DNA from: Amphiscolops sp. MND2022
Taxonomy: Eukaryota
Length of the DNA stretch: 64,000 nt
NCBI GenBank assembly: GCA_964187785.1
Contig: OZ076410.1
Location: forward strand, 37,696,001 to 37,760,000
Direction: 5' to 3'
The translations under genes and the position numbers were made by a program. Each line of letters begins with the position of its first letter. The stretch's first letter is position 1. Below the pieces are notes generated by a model. It worked only from the letters and a program-made list of their open reading frames with translations, had not been told where the DNA came from and searched no databases. Of this stretch, positions 11,452 to 21,400 are shown piece after piece.

Positions 11452-12149
11452 ACAAGCGAATCAGTACGCAGCCTCATTGCTTCATTTCTATTGTGGGACC
11501 AGCAGGATGCGGGAAAACACAACTGGTTGGGCGTATGATTTCTAATCAGGAAAAAATATTTTCACCGCGCTTCACAAAAATAAGCTACTTCTATAAACAC
11601 TATCAACCGCAACATGGAAAAATTTTAATGGAAAGCGAAGCAAAAAGTATAGATGTGGAGTTTGTTCAAGGATTGGATTGGAATGCTTTGGAAAGAGCGG
11701 AAGCTCTCAAAAAACGAATTCTTTTGGTTTTGGATGATTTGTTTGACGAAGCTGCCCCAAGCAAAGAGTTCCTAGCAATTGTAATTGCAGGTCGCCATCG
11801 AAATGTTCATCTAATGGTTCTGCGGCACAATTTGTATCAGCAATCTAAAAATTCAAAAACAATCGACCTAAATGTGACCCAGATTATTCTATTCAACAGT
11901 CCAAGGGATTCAGAACAGATTGGTATCCAGGGACGACAGCTGGGCGAGAGGCAAACAACTATCGATGCATATAAAAGAGCTACTCGGAAACCTTTTGGTC
12001 ATTTGATGATCGACCTCGACGTGAGAAGTAGCAAACTGTTGAGGTATTCCTCGAATTGTTCTGGCGAGGGACCATCCGTTTTCTATTGTTCCACTGACAA
12101 GCTTAATTTAAACCTTGAGAATGAGTTTACAAAACTATTATACAGTTGA
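11448..12149 (+). CDS. FtsK/HerA (A32-like) genome-packaging ATPase
   Basis: Walker A GPAGCGKT, Walker B LLVLDDL, IAGRHRNVHLMVLRHNLY, NVTQIILFNSPRD. Confidence 0.92.
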   Translation: MNKRISTQPHCFISIVGPAGCGKTQLVGRMISNQEKIFSPRFTKISYFYKHYQPQHGKILMESEAKSIDVEFVQGLDWNALERAEALKKRILLVLDDLFDEAAPSKEFLAIVIAGRHRNVHLMVLRHNLYQQSKNSKTIDLNVTQIILFNSPRDSEQIGIQGRQLGERQTTIDAYKRATRKPFGHLMIDLDVRSSKLLRYSSNCSGEGPSVFYCSTDKLNLNLENEFTKLLYS

Positions 12150-12468
12150 TTTATTCGTTAAATTTCCAACAGTTCTGAAGAAATGCTTCATTCTAAATTG
12201 CTCAGATGATATAATAAAGTTTTTCTGCGATTCAATTTTTAATGTAGTTAAAGGAAACGTAAAGTTAGCGAAAGCGCTACAAAGTAAACTGTCAACCTTA
12301 TCACGTGAGAAGAAAACTATGGAAAACTTATGCTCTAAGCGAAAAGTTTCAGTTAGAAGAAAACGCTACATACTTGCATCTACACGAGGCCTACGTTTGT
12401 TGAAGCTGATTCTCCCTTCAATATCGAATCATTTGAAAATTTGTCATGGTGTCGAACGGCAGCGTTAA
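12115..12468 (+). CDS. Conserved-type small basic Polinton protein
   Basis: CSDDIIKFFCDSIFNVVKGNVKL...KRKVSVRRKRYIL resembles the NVLKGNV-type small ORF I recall next to the ATPase in animal Polintons. Overlaps both neighbours. Confidence 0.55.
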   Translation: MRMSLQNYYTVDLFVKFPTVLKKCFILNCSDDIIKFFCDSIFNVVKGNVKLAKALQSKLSTLSREKKTMENLCSKRKVSVRRKRYILASTRGLRLLKLILPSISNHLKICHGVERQR

Positions 12469-13147
12469 AGAATTCGTCCTAATAACTCAAGACGAATACA
12501 GCTTTTTGAAACATAAGGGACAGAAGGAAGATCAAAACTTGGACAGCCGCGAAAAGCAAAAACGCAACTTTCTCGCTCAGTTTACTCCGAATCCAGAGGA
12601 GCCCCAATTACATTTAGAAGCAGACCCAAATGAGGAAAATCCGACAATTCATCAAGAACAATCATTACTCGCTCAAATCAATTTGAATTCAAGGTTCCAA
12701 GAGAAGAAAAAAACGCTTGACACCAAAACATCAGAAAACTCTAGTACTGATTACCAAGTGAACAATACACCGGACCGTGTTTTATCCAGTTTACTGCAGT
12801 CGGGAATAACGGGGGGAAAAACTGAGCGGTCCCGTCAAATATTGAAAGCAATCCAACAAAGTGAGCGAGTCTGCATCGACGACAACACCCAGAGCATCTT
12901 TTTAGACCAACAGGACACGTGAATTGGTGTAACAGATTTCCTCACAGCTCTTCAAGTCAACACCAAGCAATTGCCAAAGCAACTTTTGAACTTGGTCGAA
13001 GTTCTCCGCCTGCCACAATATCTTTTAGCGAATACGTACGCCAGACAAACAAGTTCTCAAATTCAATCGAGGTTGGGTTCAGGTGAGTCTGTGGCGAAAC
13101 GAATCAAGCTCGATACCGAACCTAACAGCAGTTGGTTGACAATTTGA
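12446..13147 (+). pseudogene. Polinton ORF of unknown function with in-frame premature TGA at 12920-12922
   Basis: The frame stays open after the TGA (IGVTDFLTALQVNTKQLP...SSWLTI*) to 13147, about 233 aa in total. Confidence 0.6.
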
Positions 13148-13158
13148 ACCTTTTCACA

Positions 13159-13332
13159 ATGGGTGCGAGGAAGAAGAAATGGTTTTGTGGATCATGTCAA
13201 AAAAATTTGGGCAAAGGGTCAAAAATCTGCCCCACAGTATGGTGTCATATTTGCGGTTGGGTTCACTTCAAGTGTGCCGGTATCAAAACCATCAGTGAAC
13301 ATAATGACAAATTTATATGTACAAATTGCTAA
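13159..13332 (+). CDS. PHD-finger (C4HC3) domain, in frame with the integrase
   Basis: CGSC...CHIC-GWVHFKC...CTNC spacing. ATG at 13159, TAA at 13330-13332. Confidence 0.75.
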   Translation: MGARKKKWFCGSCQKNLGKGSKICPTVWCHICGWVHFKCAGIKTISEHNDKFICTNC

Positions 13333-14325
13333 AAAAAGAGAATTTTGATTGAGAATGATGACTCGTTCGAGGCAGCATTTAACAAGATTCACGATTCCTA
13401 CACCAATACTCAGAAAGCCACAGCATTCGGGAGCCGGCATAATTTGATAAAAGCTACAAAATGTTCTCCCAAACAAGTGGACAAGTACTTGCATGCAAGC
13501 GAGACCTATCCGAAATTCAAGATGGCTAAGAAACGTTTCATCAGACGTTACAGACTGAATGAAATTTGGTCAATTGATTTGGCTGACATGCAGCAACTTG
13601 CGAGAGACAATCCAGGAATCAAGTACCTTTTCGTAGCTGTAGACACCCTTAGTCGATTTCTCTGGGCATCTGGAATGAAATCAAAAACCTCCAAGGAATG
13701 TGCAGACGTCCTGAAAAAAATCATCGCTTCCAATAGTCGCAGAACAGGTCCAAAAATTTGCACACAAACTTTCTCTCCTGAAAAACTCTGGGCAGATAAA
13801 GGAAGAGAATTTGAAGGAGAGTTTGCAACATTTTGCAGGGAAAAGGGTATCGAAATTTACTCCACACAGAGCGAGACGAAGTCGGCAATGGCCGAACGGT
13901 ATATCCGAACATTGAAGTCTTTGATTTTCAAATATTTGCATGAGCATGACACTAATCGGTATATCGATCAACTCGACAATTTTGTTTCCATCATAAATAG
14001 CCGAGTTAATCGCATCACAAAGTTGGCTCCGCGAACAGTTTCCCAAAAAGACGTTCCTTACCTAGTTTCTCTTTGCAACACGAATCTTCCACAACGACCA
14101 AAATTTAAAATTGGTGATCAAGTTCGAGTTCGCCGAAAAATAGAAACATTTCATCGTGGCTACAAAATACAATTCACTGAAGAGCTCTTTACCATAGTTC
14201 AAATACCGACAAATAACCCGCCAACATACGTGGTAAAAGACACAAAGAACGAAATAATTTTGGGAAAGTTTTATGAACCGGAATTGGTAAAATTCACACC
14301 ATTACATCAGAAAAATGGCAATTGA
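13333..14325 (+). CDS. Retroviral-type (rve/DDE) Polinton integrase
   Basis: WSIDLADM (D1), VAVDTLSRF, LWADKGREF (D2), SAMAERYIRTLK (E), FKIGDQVR...FTEELF, GKFYEPEL. No in-frame ATG until about 13522. Confidence 0.93.
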   Translation, partial: KKRILIENDDSFEAAFNKIHDSYTNTQKATAFGSRHNLIKATKCSPKQVDKYLHASETYPKFKMAKKRFIRRYRLNEIWSIDLADMQQLARDNPGIKYLFVAVDTLSRFLWASGMKSKTSKECADVLKKIIASNSRRTGPKICTQTFSPEKLWADKGREFEGEFATFCREKGIEIYSTQSETKSAMAERYIRTLKSLIFKYLHEHDTNRYIDQLDNFVSIINSRVNRITKLAPRTVSQKDVPYLVSLCNTNLPQRPKFKIGDQVRVRRKIETFHRGYKIQFTEELFTIVQIPTNNPPTYVVKDTKNEIILGKFYEPELVKFTPLHQKNGN

Positions 14326-15310
14326 TACAAAAAGATGCGAATTTACCTTGAACCTGATATCCAACGCATCGATGGAAACCTTCCCGGGAAACAGGTTGTC
14401 CAGTTTCACCACTCTTTTACCAGAGCCTTTCAACTTACCGGGTGAATGGCAAGTAGCTCTCGTGGAACTGTCTTGGCCGGCAATGATACGCAATGTCACT
14501 GAGGGTCAAATAACAGTCTCTAAAAGCCTCGATACTCCTAAAGCATCATCAACTCTACAAAATCCTAGACGATCCACAGGACTCGTATCAATGACTGTTC
14601 CCAAGGCATTCCGCTCGTCAAACGTGCAATTCACTGCTCCAGAAACTAAGCAAATCAAAACGGGTTGCTATTCTTCAATCGATTCAATCTTGAAATCAAT
14701 CTTCAAAACCGCCACTGACGGCAGAGTGAAGCTGGACTCATCAAAGAGTGGAAAAACGAACGAAGTGTCAAAGACTGGACTACCATCTATTTCATGGAAA
14801 GTTGATTGCGCAACAGAGGAGCTACAAGTCAAATTTGTGGGAAACGTGAAGACACACGGGTTGGTAATCAAAGCGAAGTCCCAAGATTTGAAAAACATGT
14901 TGGGAACGACAACACTGATCGATTGCCAAAGCGACGCTTCGGCAAGAGAGCAACCATCAGAGAGGGGTGATGATTGCAGAATTGTCAAACATGAAGGACA
15001 GTGGCCAATTGATCTCAATGGTGGAAGTCATACAATGTTTGTGTATTGTGACTTGGTTCAAAACGAAACTTTGGGTGATGTGCGTACAGCGTTGCTTCGA
15101 TCGGTCCCCCTTGAAAGTTTATCCAACTCTAGTCAAAAGAGGAGGGAAGTTAATCACAGAAGTTTTACAAATTTGCAATGGAAGAGAGTCTACAAATCGC
15201 AGTTTCAGTCAATCACGCTCTCATTGGCAAACGAAATTGATCAAACGATGCCCTTTTTGAGTTGCGGACGAACCAACATTACCCTAGCACTTAGACCCAA
15301 ACCACTCTAG
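14315..15310 (+). CDS. Minor capsid (penton, PX-type) protein
   Basis: Diagnostic N-terminus LISNASMETFPGNRLSSFTTLLPEPFNLPGEWQVALVELSWP and C-terminal YCDLVQNETLGDVRTALLRSVP. Confidence 0.85.
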   Translation: MAIDTKRCEFTLNLISNASMETFPGNRLSSFTTLLPEPFNLPGEWQVALVELSWPAMIRNVTEGQITVSKSLDTPKASSTLQNPRRSTGLVSMTVPKAFRSSNVQFTAPETKQIKTGCYSSIDSILKSIFKTATDGRVKLDSSKSGKTNEVSKTGLPSISWKVDCATEELQVKFVGNVKTHGLVIKAKSQDLKNMLGTTTLIDCQSDASAREQPSERGDDCRIVKHEGQWPIDLNGGSHTMFVYCDLVQNETLGDVRTALLRSVPLESLSNSSQKRREVNHRSFTNLQWKRVYKSQFQSITLSLANEIDQTMPFLSCGRTNITLALRPKPL

Positions 15311-15415
15311 ACAAAATCATTTGCGGAGCATTTATTGAAGCAAACAGTTGCCGTCACTCACTACTTATCCATCATTGTTCTTTCAAAAGATTACCGCAAG
15401 CACTAGTTGAAGATC

Positions 15416-15946
15416 ATGGACGCTCATTACGACGCTCAAATACAGTCTCTAGCCTCGCATCCCTCAACCTTCAGCGGCCCCGCTCGACAAATGGGAGCAG
15501 GTGGTGGTTTGGGTGCCTTTGCAGTAAGAATGGGAAGAGTGGCCATTCCAGTGATTAAAAAGTACATCTTACCGGTCGCCAAACAAGTGGGAAAAAATTT
15601 ACTAGAATCTGCACTGCCTGAAATGAGTAATGTGCTCAGTGGCAAAAAACGAGTTAGCCGGAAAATGCTAAAATCGGTAGTCCAAAACACTGCTGAACGA
15701 ACGCTTGCTAAAAATTCCAAGAAGCTCAAAGCGGCAACACACCCGGAGAGCAGCCAAACGTCCACGGAGCCGCAGTGGGCGGGGCGGAACGGCGGCGGGC
15801 GAGCGGGGAGCGGTCCAACCGCCAATCGAAAAAGGTTTAAAGCAACCTCATCTGATAAAACAACGACTTCGCTCATTTCTGGAAAAAGTCCCGCAAAAAG
15901 AAGTCGGTCCGATATTTTGCCCCAAATTCAATTCTCAGCAGTTTGA
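15416..15946 (+). CDS. Conserved Polinton core/membrane-active-type protein (Gly-rich motif, amphipathic helix, basic tail)
   Basis: HYDAQ...FSGPARQMGAGGGLGAFAVRMGRVAIPVIKKYILPVAKQVGKNLL; K/R-rich C-terminus; lies between the minor and major capsid genes. Confidence 0.65.
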   Translation: MDAHYDAQIQSLASHPSTFSGPARQMGAGGGLGAFAVRMGRVAIPVIKKYILPVAKQVGKNLLESALPEMSNVLSGKKRVSRKMLKSVVQNTAERTLAKNSKKLKAATHPESSQTSTEPQWAGRNGGGRAGSGPTANRKRFKATSSDKTTTSLISGKSPAKRSRSDILPQIQFSAV

Positions 15947-16009
15947 ATCACGCACTGCAAGCTGGCTGCAGCATCAGTATCTTCGAGTGGCAATTTTTTC
16001 GGGAGCGCT

Positions 16010-17323
16010 ATGGAAATTGCTAGCCCAGTTACACATAGTGCTTTGGATTTCTTCGAAAAACCCAATGTTCTAATAAACTACGAAGGCTCATACGACCAAG
16101 ATGTGTTTCCTCACGTTGGATGTCGAGGTCCTCAGCTAGACTTTTTTATTTCTGCAGAATCAAAAAACTTGATTGACTTGAACCGTATTGTATTGAACGT
16201 TAAAGTTGGAATTTATCAAGAAGATGGCAAAGATCGACTCAAAGTGAATGAACAAAACATTGTGTTTGGAAATAACACGTTGCATACTCTCTTTTCTCAT
16301 GCCGAATTATATCTGAATGGCAAACTAATTTCACACAGTAACAATTGCTATTTACATTAGGCTTTTATAGAAACTGAACTCACGACGGATTCCGAAGCAA
16401 AAAATACTTGGGCAAAATGCCAAGGATACAATTATCTCGCAAAGTCTACTAAACGGCTCGACCTTCATAATGCGCTTTATGCTGAATTTGACCAACAAAA
16501 AGAATGTACCATGGAGTTGTGCGGGGCCTTGCACATTGACTTTTTAGATTGTGAAAAACTTCTCGTGCCCGGTGTCACACTTCATTTGCGCCTTTACCGA
16601 TCTCCCACAAATACGCTTCTGTCTTTGAATGGTTCAGACGATGAAGCGAAAGCTTTGGAAGGAAAAGTTCAAGGAGTAATTGAAAAGGCATCTCTGTTTG
16701 TCAGAAAAGTGGTTGTGACAGACAGCGTTAAGTTGTCTATAGAGAAGGCCCTAGTTAAAAGCGCAGCCATTTACCCTTATATTGAAAGTTTGAACAAGAG
16801 TTTCATTATTCAAGCCGGTCAAAACTGCTTTGTCAAGGAGAATGTGTTTGGAACGGAACCAATTCGTAGGTTGACCTTATGCATGGTTAAAAATTCACTT
16901 TTTCGAAGCACTCCCTTGAATCACTCGCTTTTCACCTATCAAAAATTTTCACTAGAACGAGTAGAGCTTCAACGTGGTAATGGCGTCCCACTAGCAGGAA
17001 CACCCCTAAACACCAACAACAACACTCGGCTCTACTATAACACCATAACAGCATTGGGATTTGGCAAAAGTGGAAACGGAATCAAACTTGAAGATTTTGA
17101 AGACAATCACTTTTTTCTAGTGTTCGACTTGACGTCAACGGAAGAAGCGAGCAAGAGCTTGACCTTATTTCCTGAACTCACCGGATTAAGTTTGACATTG
17201 AAACTTTATTTTTCCAAAGCGCTTGAAGACGCTATAGAGCTGTTCCTTATTGGCGAAAGATTCAGTCAGATATTCATTGATTCTTCTCGGAACGTATCCA
17301 AAAACACTTTGATTGATGGATAA
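16010..17323 (+). pseudogene. Double jelly-roll major capsid protein (PY-type) with in-frame TAG at 16358-16360
   Basis: SALDFFEKP, GPQLDFFI, IDLNRIVL, NNTLHTLFSHAELYLNG, LHIDF, LVPGVTLHLRL, YNTITALG, FLVFDLT. The frame is open on both sides of the single stop (NCYLH*AFIETELTT). Confidence 0.88.
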
Positions 17324-17854
17324 TATCAGCCTGCTAGAACTGCTATGCTGTGCGGCTCGACTGAACACACATTTGGTGGTATTTGGTCCTCTGACAACTT
17401 TCCTAAAATAAAGGAGAGGCGCAGCAAGAAGAAAAACACGGTCAAACTATGCAGAGTCGTCAGATTTCAAATCATAAACTCAGAACCTTCAAGTTCAAGT
17501 GGCCGACATTGGCTGCTTTTGATAGTAATCAACATTCGGGACGAAAATATGACTTTTGTGTGGGATTGTCTGGGTCGACCACTTTCATTTTACGAGCACT
17601 TTCATATGAGGCTAATCAAGCTTTATGGTCGAGCCCCTGGTGCTTTCACAACTCTTAATTTACCCTTACAAAAATCTAGTTCAAATCTATGCGGCCTATA
17701 TTGTCTGTATTTGGTACACTACTTGGTAAAATACCCATTCACTGTTCTAGAAATGCATAAAAATTGTAAGCTGTTACAAACAACTGAAATTGATATAGTA
17801 CGATTTTTCAACAAAAAAATTGAAGGCGCTATTTTTAAATACAAAATTTTATAA
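17316..17854 (+). pseudogene. Adenain-like cysteine (maturation) protease, likely N-terminal frameshift near 17345
   Basis: FGGIWSSDNFP, GRHW (His), VWDCLG (Asp), LQKSSSNLCGLYC (Gln/Cys). ATG 17316 (MDNISLLELL) overlaps the capsid stop but is out of frame with the body. Confidence 0.85.
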
Positions 17855-17956
17855 ACGAGGAATTAAAGTTATTAGGCTGTATACACCTGTTTTCTTCGAT
17901 TCGCGGATTTTGTTCACCATTAGAGAGAAAGGAGATCAGTTGAAGCGAAATTTCGT

Positions 17957-18174
17957 TCATTGATTTTCATCGTTTTCGTTGTATGCCCGCGTCTTTTTGA
18001 AGTTGGGCTCACAAACTTCATCTTCCTCCGCTTCCCAGTCTATAAATGCACAAGTTGGTGCTTCAGAGTCACTTGCTCCGTCGTCGGCAAGGTATGAGAG
18101 CCGATCAAAGTCGACAACATCTGATAAGTCATCGTCTAGTACAGGCTGTTGATTGAAACCCGGATCAGGGAATG
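17957..18174 (-). CDS. Putative last exon (acidic) of spliced pPolB C-terminal extension
   Basis: Follows acceptor TTATTTTTTCAG (18175). Open frame FPDPGFNQQPVLDDDLSDVVDFD...EAEEDEVCEPNFKKTRAYNENDENQ*. Confidence 0.6.
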
Positions 18175-18241
18175 CTGAAAAAATAAGACATTGTGGAAAA
18201 GTTCACATTGGAAATGCAAAGACAGGATTATCTAAACATAC
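18175..18241 (-). other. Putative spliceosomal intron (67 nt, phase 1) in Polinton
   Basis: GTATGT...TTATTTTTTCAG. Removing it joins two open frames. Confidence 0.65.
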
Positions 18242-18418
18242 AAAATGAGGGAAGAGAGTTGAAGGCAGATTCGAGGATTCCTTTCGAATGAGGAGAAACT
18301 GGCATGGAGGAGCTAGATTCAAGGTCTGTTGAATCAGGCGTCGAGGGACCAGTCGAAAGATTGGATTCACTAGAGGAGCGCCTATCGCTACTTGAACCAT
18401 TGCTGCTGCTTGAAGACG
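18242..18418 (-). CDS. Putative 177-nt symmetric (phase 1-1) Ser-rich exon
   Basis: Acceptor TTTTTTGTAG, donor GTATGT. Encodes (A)SSSSSNGSSSDRRSSSESNLSTGPSTPDSTDLESSSSMPVSPHSKGILESAFNSLPSF. Confidence 0.6.
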
Positions 18419-18490
18419 CTACAAAAAATGGCTTGTCACAAAAACTAGATGTTAAGTTTTTTTAATAAAACATGGATTCAATGACCTGAC
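18419..18490 (-). other. Putative spliceosomal intron (72 nt, phase 1) at the pPolB C-terminus
   Basis: TCAG|GTCAGG...CTTAAC...TTTTTTGTAG. Removes the unspliced stop and links ...HHRITFES to the Ser-rich exon in frame. The donor is weaker than consensus. Confidence 0.5.
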
Positions 18491-21400
18491 CTGATTCAAA
18501 AGTTATTCGGTGGTGGCCATACGCCAGAGACGATATCCCATTGTCCAGAATGAACCGCTTGTCATCAAAACTACTTACTGCCACTTTATCAATCTCATTG
18601 ACGAGAATCTGATGACAAGATGAACGTAACTGGGTCATCGTTTTGGTCACTGACTTCTTTGTGAAAAGGCACTCCTTAAACAAATCATGGTTCAGCGTTT
18701 TTTTCAGTTTTCTGTACACCTTTGGCACTTTGCTTCTTTCCGCCAATATAATCAATGCTGTATAACTTTGACCGCAGGCAAACCACTTCATGCAATACTT
18801 TACCATTGAGTTCATCAATCATAGTGAGTGGCACTTTTTTGTTGGTAGGGTCATACAGCGGATGTTCTGGCGGATAGTCGGAAAGATCCAATAGATGCTT
18901 AAAGCTTTCCATGTCTTTGTATAGATCAGATGTTTCAACCAGGTACAGTAAGGAGTCGGTATCTTTATAAGCAACTTTCAATCGATCTGAAGAGTAGCGT
19001 GGTACCATCTCTTCATAATGAAATTTGTACAAAGACAGCTTGGACAAATCGAGAATGGAAGCCCCAACAGGAGTAGGCTTGGTCCATAAAACAGATGAAC
19101 TTTTGAATGACACGGACACCAAATTATCATTAATTATTTGGAACGATTTAAAAGTTGCGCGCTGTGCTAAGGTTTCAGCTTGCTGGGGGTTGGTAACAAA
19201 CTTGATTTGAGAACGCTTTCGCAAGTTTTCCATAGTTTTCCCGAAGCAAGCATTGCTCATTAACTTGTAGAAATTCTTCTCGAAGTCATTGGTAGCTTGC
19301 TTTCGCATAACGGTGTTCTTCTCTATGTACACCCCCAACCATGTGCTTTGCTGGAACTCGCAAACACGATGTAACTTTGAAACTTGGAGCCCATGTTTTA
19401 CATAAAACTTCAAATTCTGATAGTGGCAAACGTATTTTTTTTATCGTATAAAGTTTCGACAAGTTTCGGCGTTTTGCTGGCCTTGATACCAAAAGAATTC
19501 GCATAAGGAGAAAGCCAAGAAGGTCGAATGCACACTTTCTCTGGGGCTAGTGGCAGGCCATTGTGACTATCGTGCAAATGAGACGGATACTTTAAATCAA
19601 CCTCAACAAAGTAACCAACATTGGAATCTTCTGGGGTCTGTAGAATTTCTGCAAGCGTGATACAAGTATTCCATTTATAATTTCCTAAAGGCATCATTTT
19701 TTGCATTGTCCCAGTGTACAAAGAAGTCACATCAAAAAAAGCGCCAAACGTAGTTGTTTCATTGCCATCAAAACTTTCGAAATAGGGGTTGTTTGCTTTG
19801 AAGTGTCTCAATTCGCCAACTCCATTGATACCTCCACGGATAGCCCGTTCGAAAAAAAGAAGCATGTCAATATCCTCTAATAACCCTAGTTTAACATTAG
19901 TTGAGATAAGCATCGCTTCCCAGCTTAAATTTGGAGCTGAATAAAAATGTGTAGGATCAAGTTTGTATACACTGAGACATACACTTCTAAACTTTTCAAA
20001 GATATCAGCGAGGATAAGCACATCTGTTTTCAAGTATATGTCATGGTAGTCTCCAAGGTTGTTACAACTGAACTCTCTGTAAACGTCTACTGCGTGTTGG
20101 TAATCAGCAAAGGTTATGTCAATTTTACCAGAGAGACTGTTTCTCCATGGTTCACCATATTCTGGTAAAGGCTTTTGAAACTTCGTGAAGCTATCTAAAT
20201 AGCTATAGGGAAAGAAACATTTGCGTGTAATCTTGCCAAATAAATTATCGGGAATACCCAAAAAACCATCTTTCAGATGCTTGAAGTCTGTTTGGGACAG
20301 TGTTCTTGCTAAACTTTCAAGACTCTGAGAAACAAATTGATAACTGTCCAAAAAACGGAGGGAATGAACCAACTTTACAATTTTCCAGATTTCTCTTTAT
20401 ATGTACCCACGGGAACATTGATACTGAAAGAAATGAAAGTTTCGTCGGTTTTTTATATAGCTGTCAAGTCTTCGGATGGCTTCAGTTTCAAATTTTTGAT
20501 AATGTGATGAGCATCATATCTGGACAAATTGTGAAAAAAAATAGGGAGAAAATTTGGCGTTCGGGCTCTGAGATTACATCTTGAATGTGCAATTCCGAAT
20601 ACGGCTCCAGTTAGGTGGCAGTGATGTATAACACGGTCTGATCTCTCAACGTCTTTTCCACAAATAAAGCAAGTTTTCGGAGATTTAAGCATTTGCTTTC
20701 TTTGCTGCTTCGGAATATTCAGAAATCTGTAGTTTTGTTTTTCTCTATAACACCAGGAAAGCCAATTCCTCAGAGTATCTAACAACTTAGAGATAGGATC
20801 TTCGCCTCTATAGAATGATTGCTTTGTAATTTTATTGCCTGAAACAGTAGCGCTAGTTTACGAAGCTTACACTTTCTTCACCAATTGAAAGCACACGGTA
20901 TGAAGTTAGAAAAAAAGATAACTTACTTCTGGAATCAACTAACACAGCACCATAACTTGCTGGGTACTGCCTCTCCACTTCCCGCGTTCGACTATGGGTT
21001 GCAGTTTGCAGAACTGTTGAGGCTACATTAATCGCTTCGAGGTCAGCATATACCACAAACGGACACTTTTGAGTCTTCTCCCAATGAAAAAACTCAATGC
21101 TTGTTGACTCGTCAGGCATTCGTATTTCCAGCGGTGCATTCGTCTCGCAAAACATAAAGTGCTTCTTGAAGTTTTGTTTGACAATGGGTTGAAAGCAGTT
21201 CCGGCAAAATCGGGATTTGGGACCCTTCCCTTGCTTAAGTTTTGATCGAGTCAGGAAATGAATCAAATTGGAAAAGTTTTTGATCAAACAGTAGTGATTG
21301 TTTTTGTTGTCAACCAACCGCAAAAGATCAATTTTATTCCTCGCCTTCCGATTTTTGGTGTGATATACAGACACTAGCTTACTCTCCTCCAATTGGTAAA

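Noticed and set aside
18203-18400. 65-aa minus-strand ORF MVQVAIGAP... in the ORF track
   Set aside because: Alternative frame of the Ser-rich exon. The frame bounded by splice sites and continuous with the acidic exon is more coherent.
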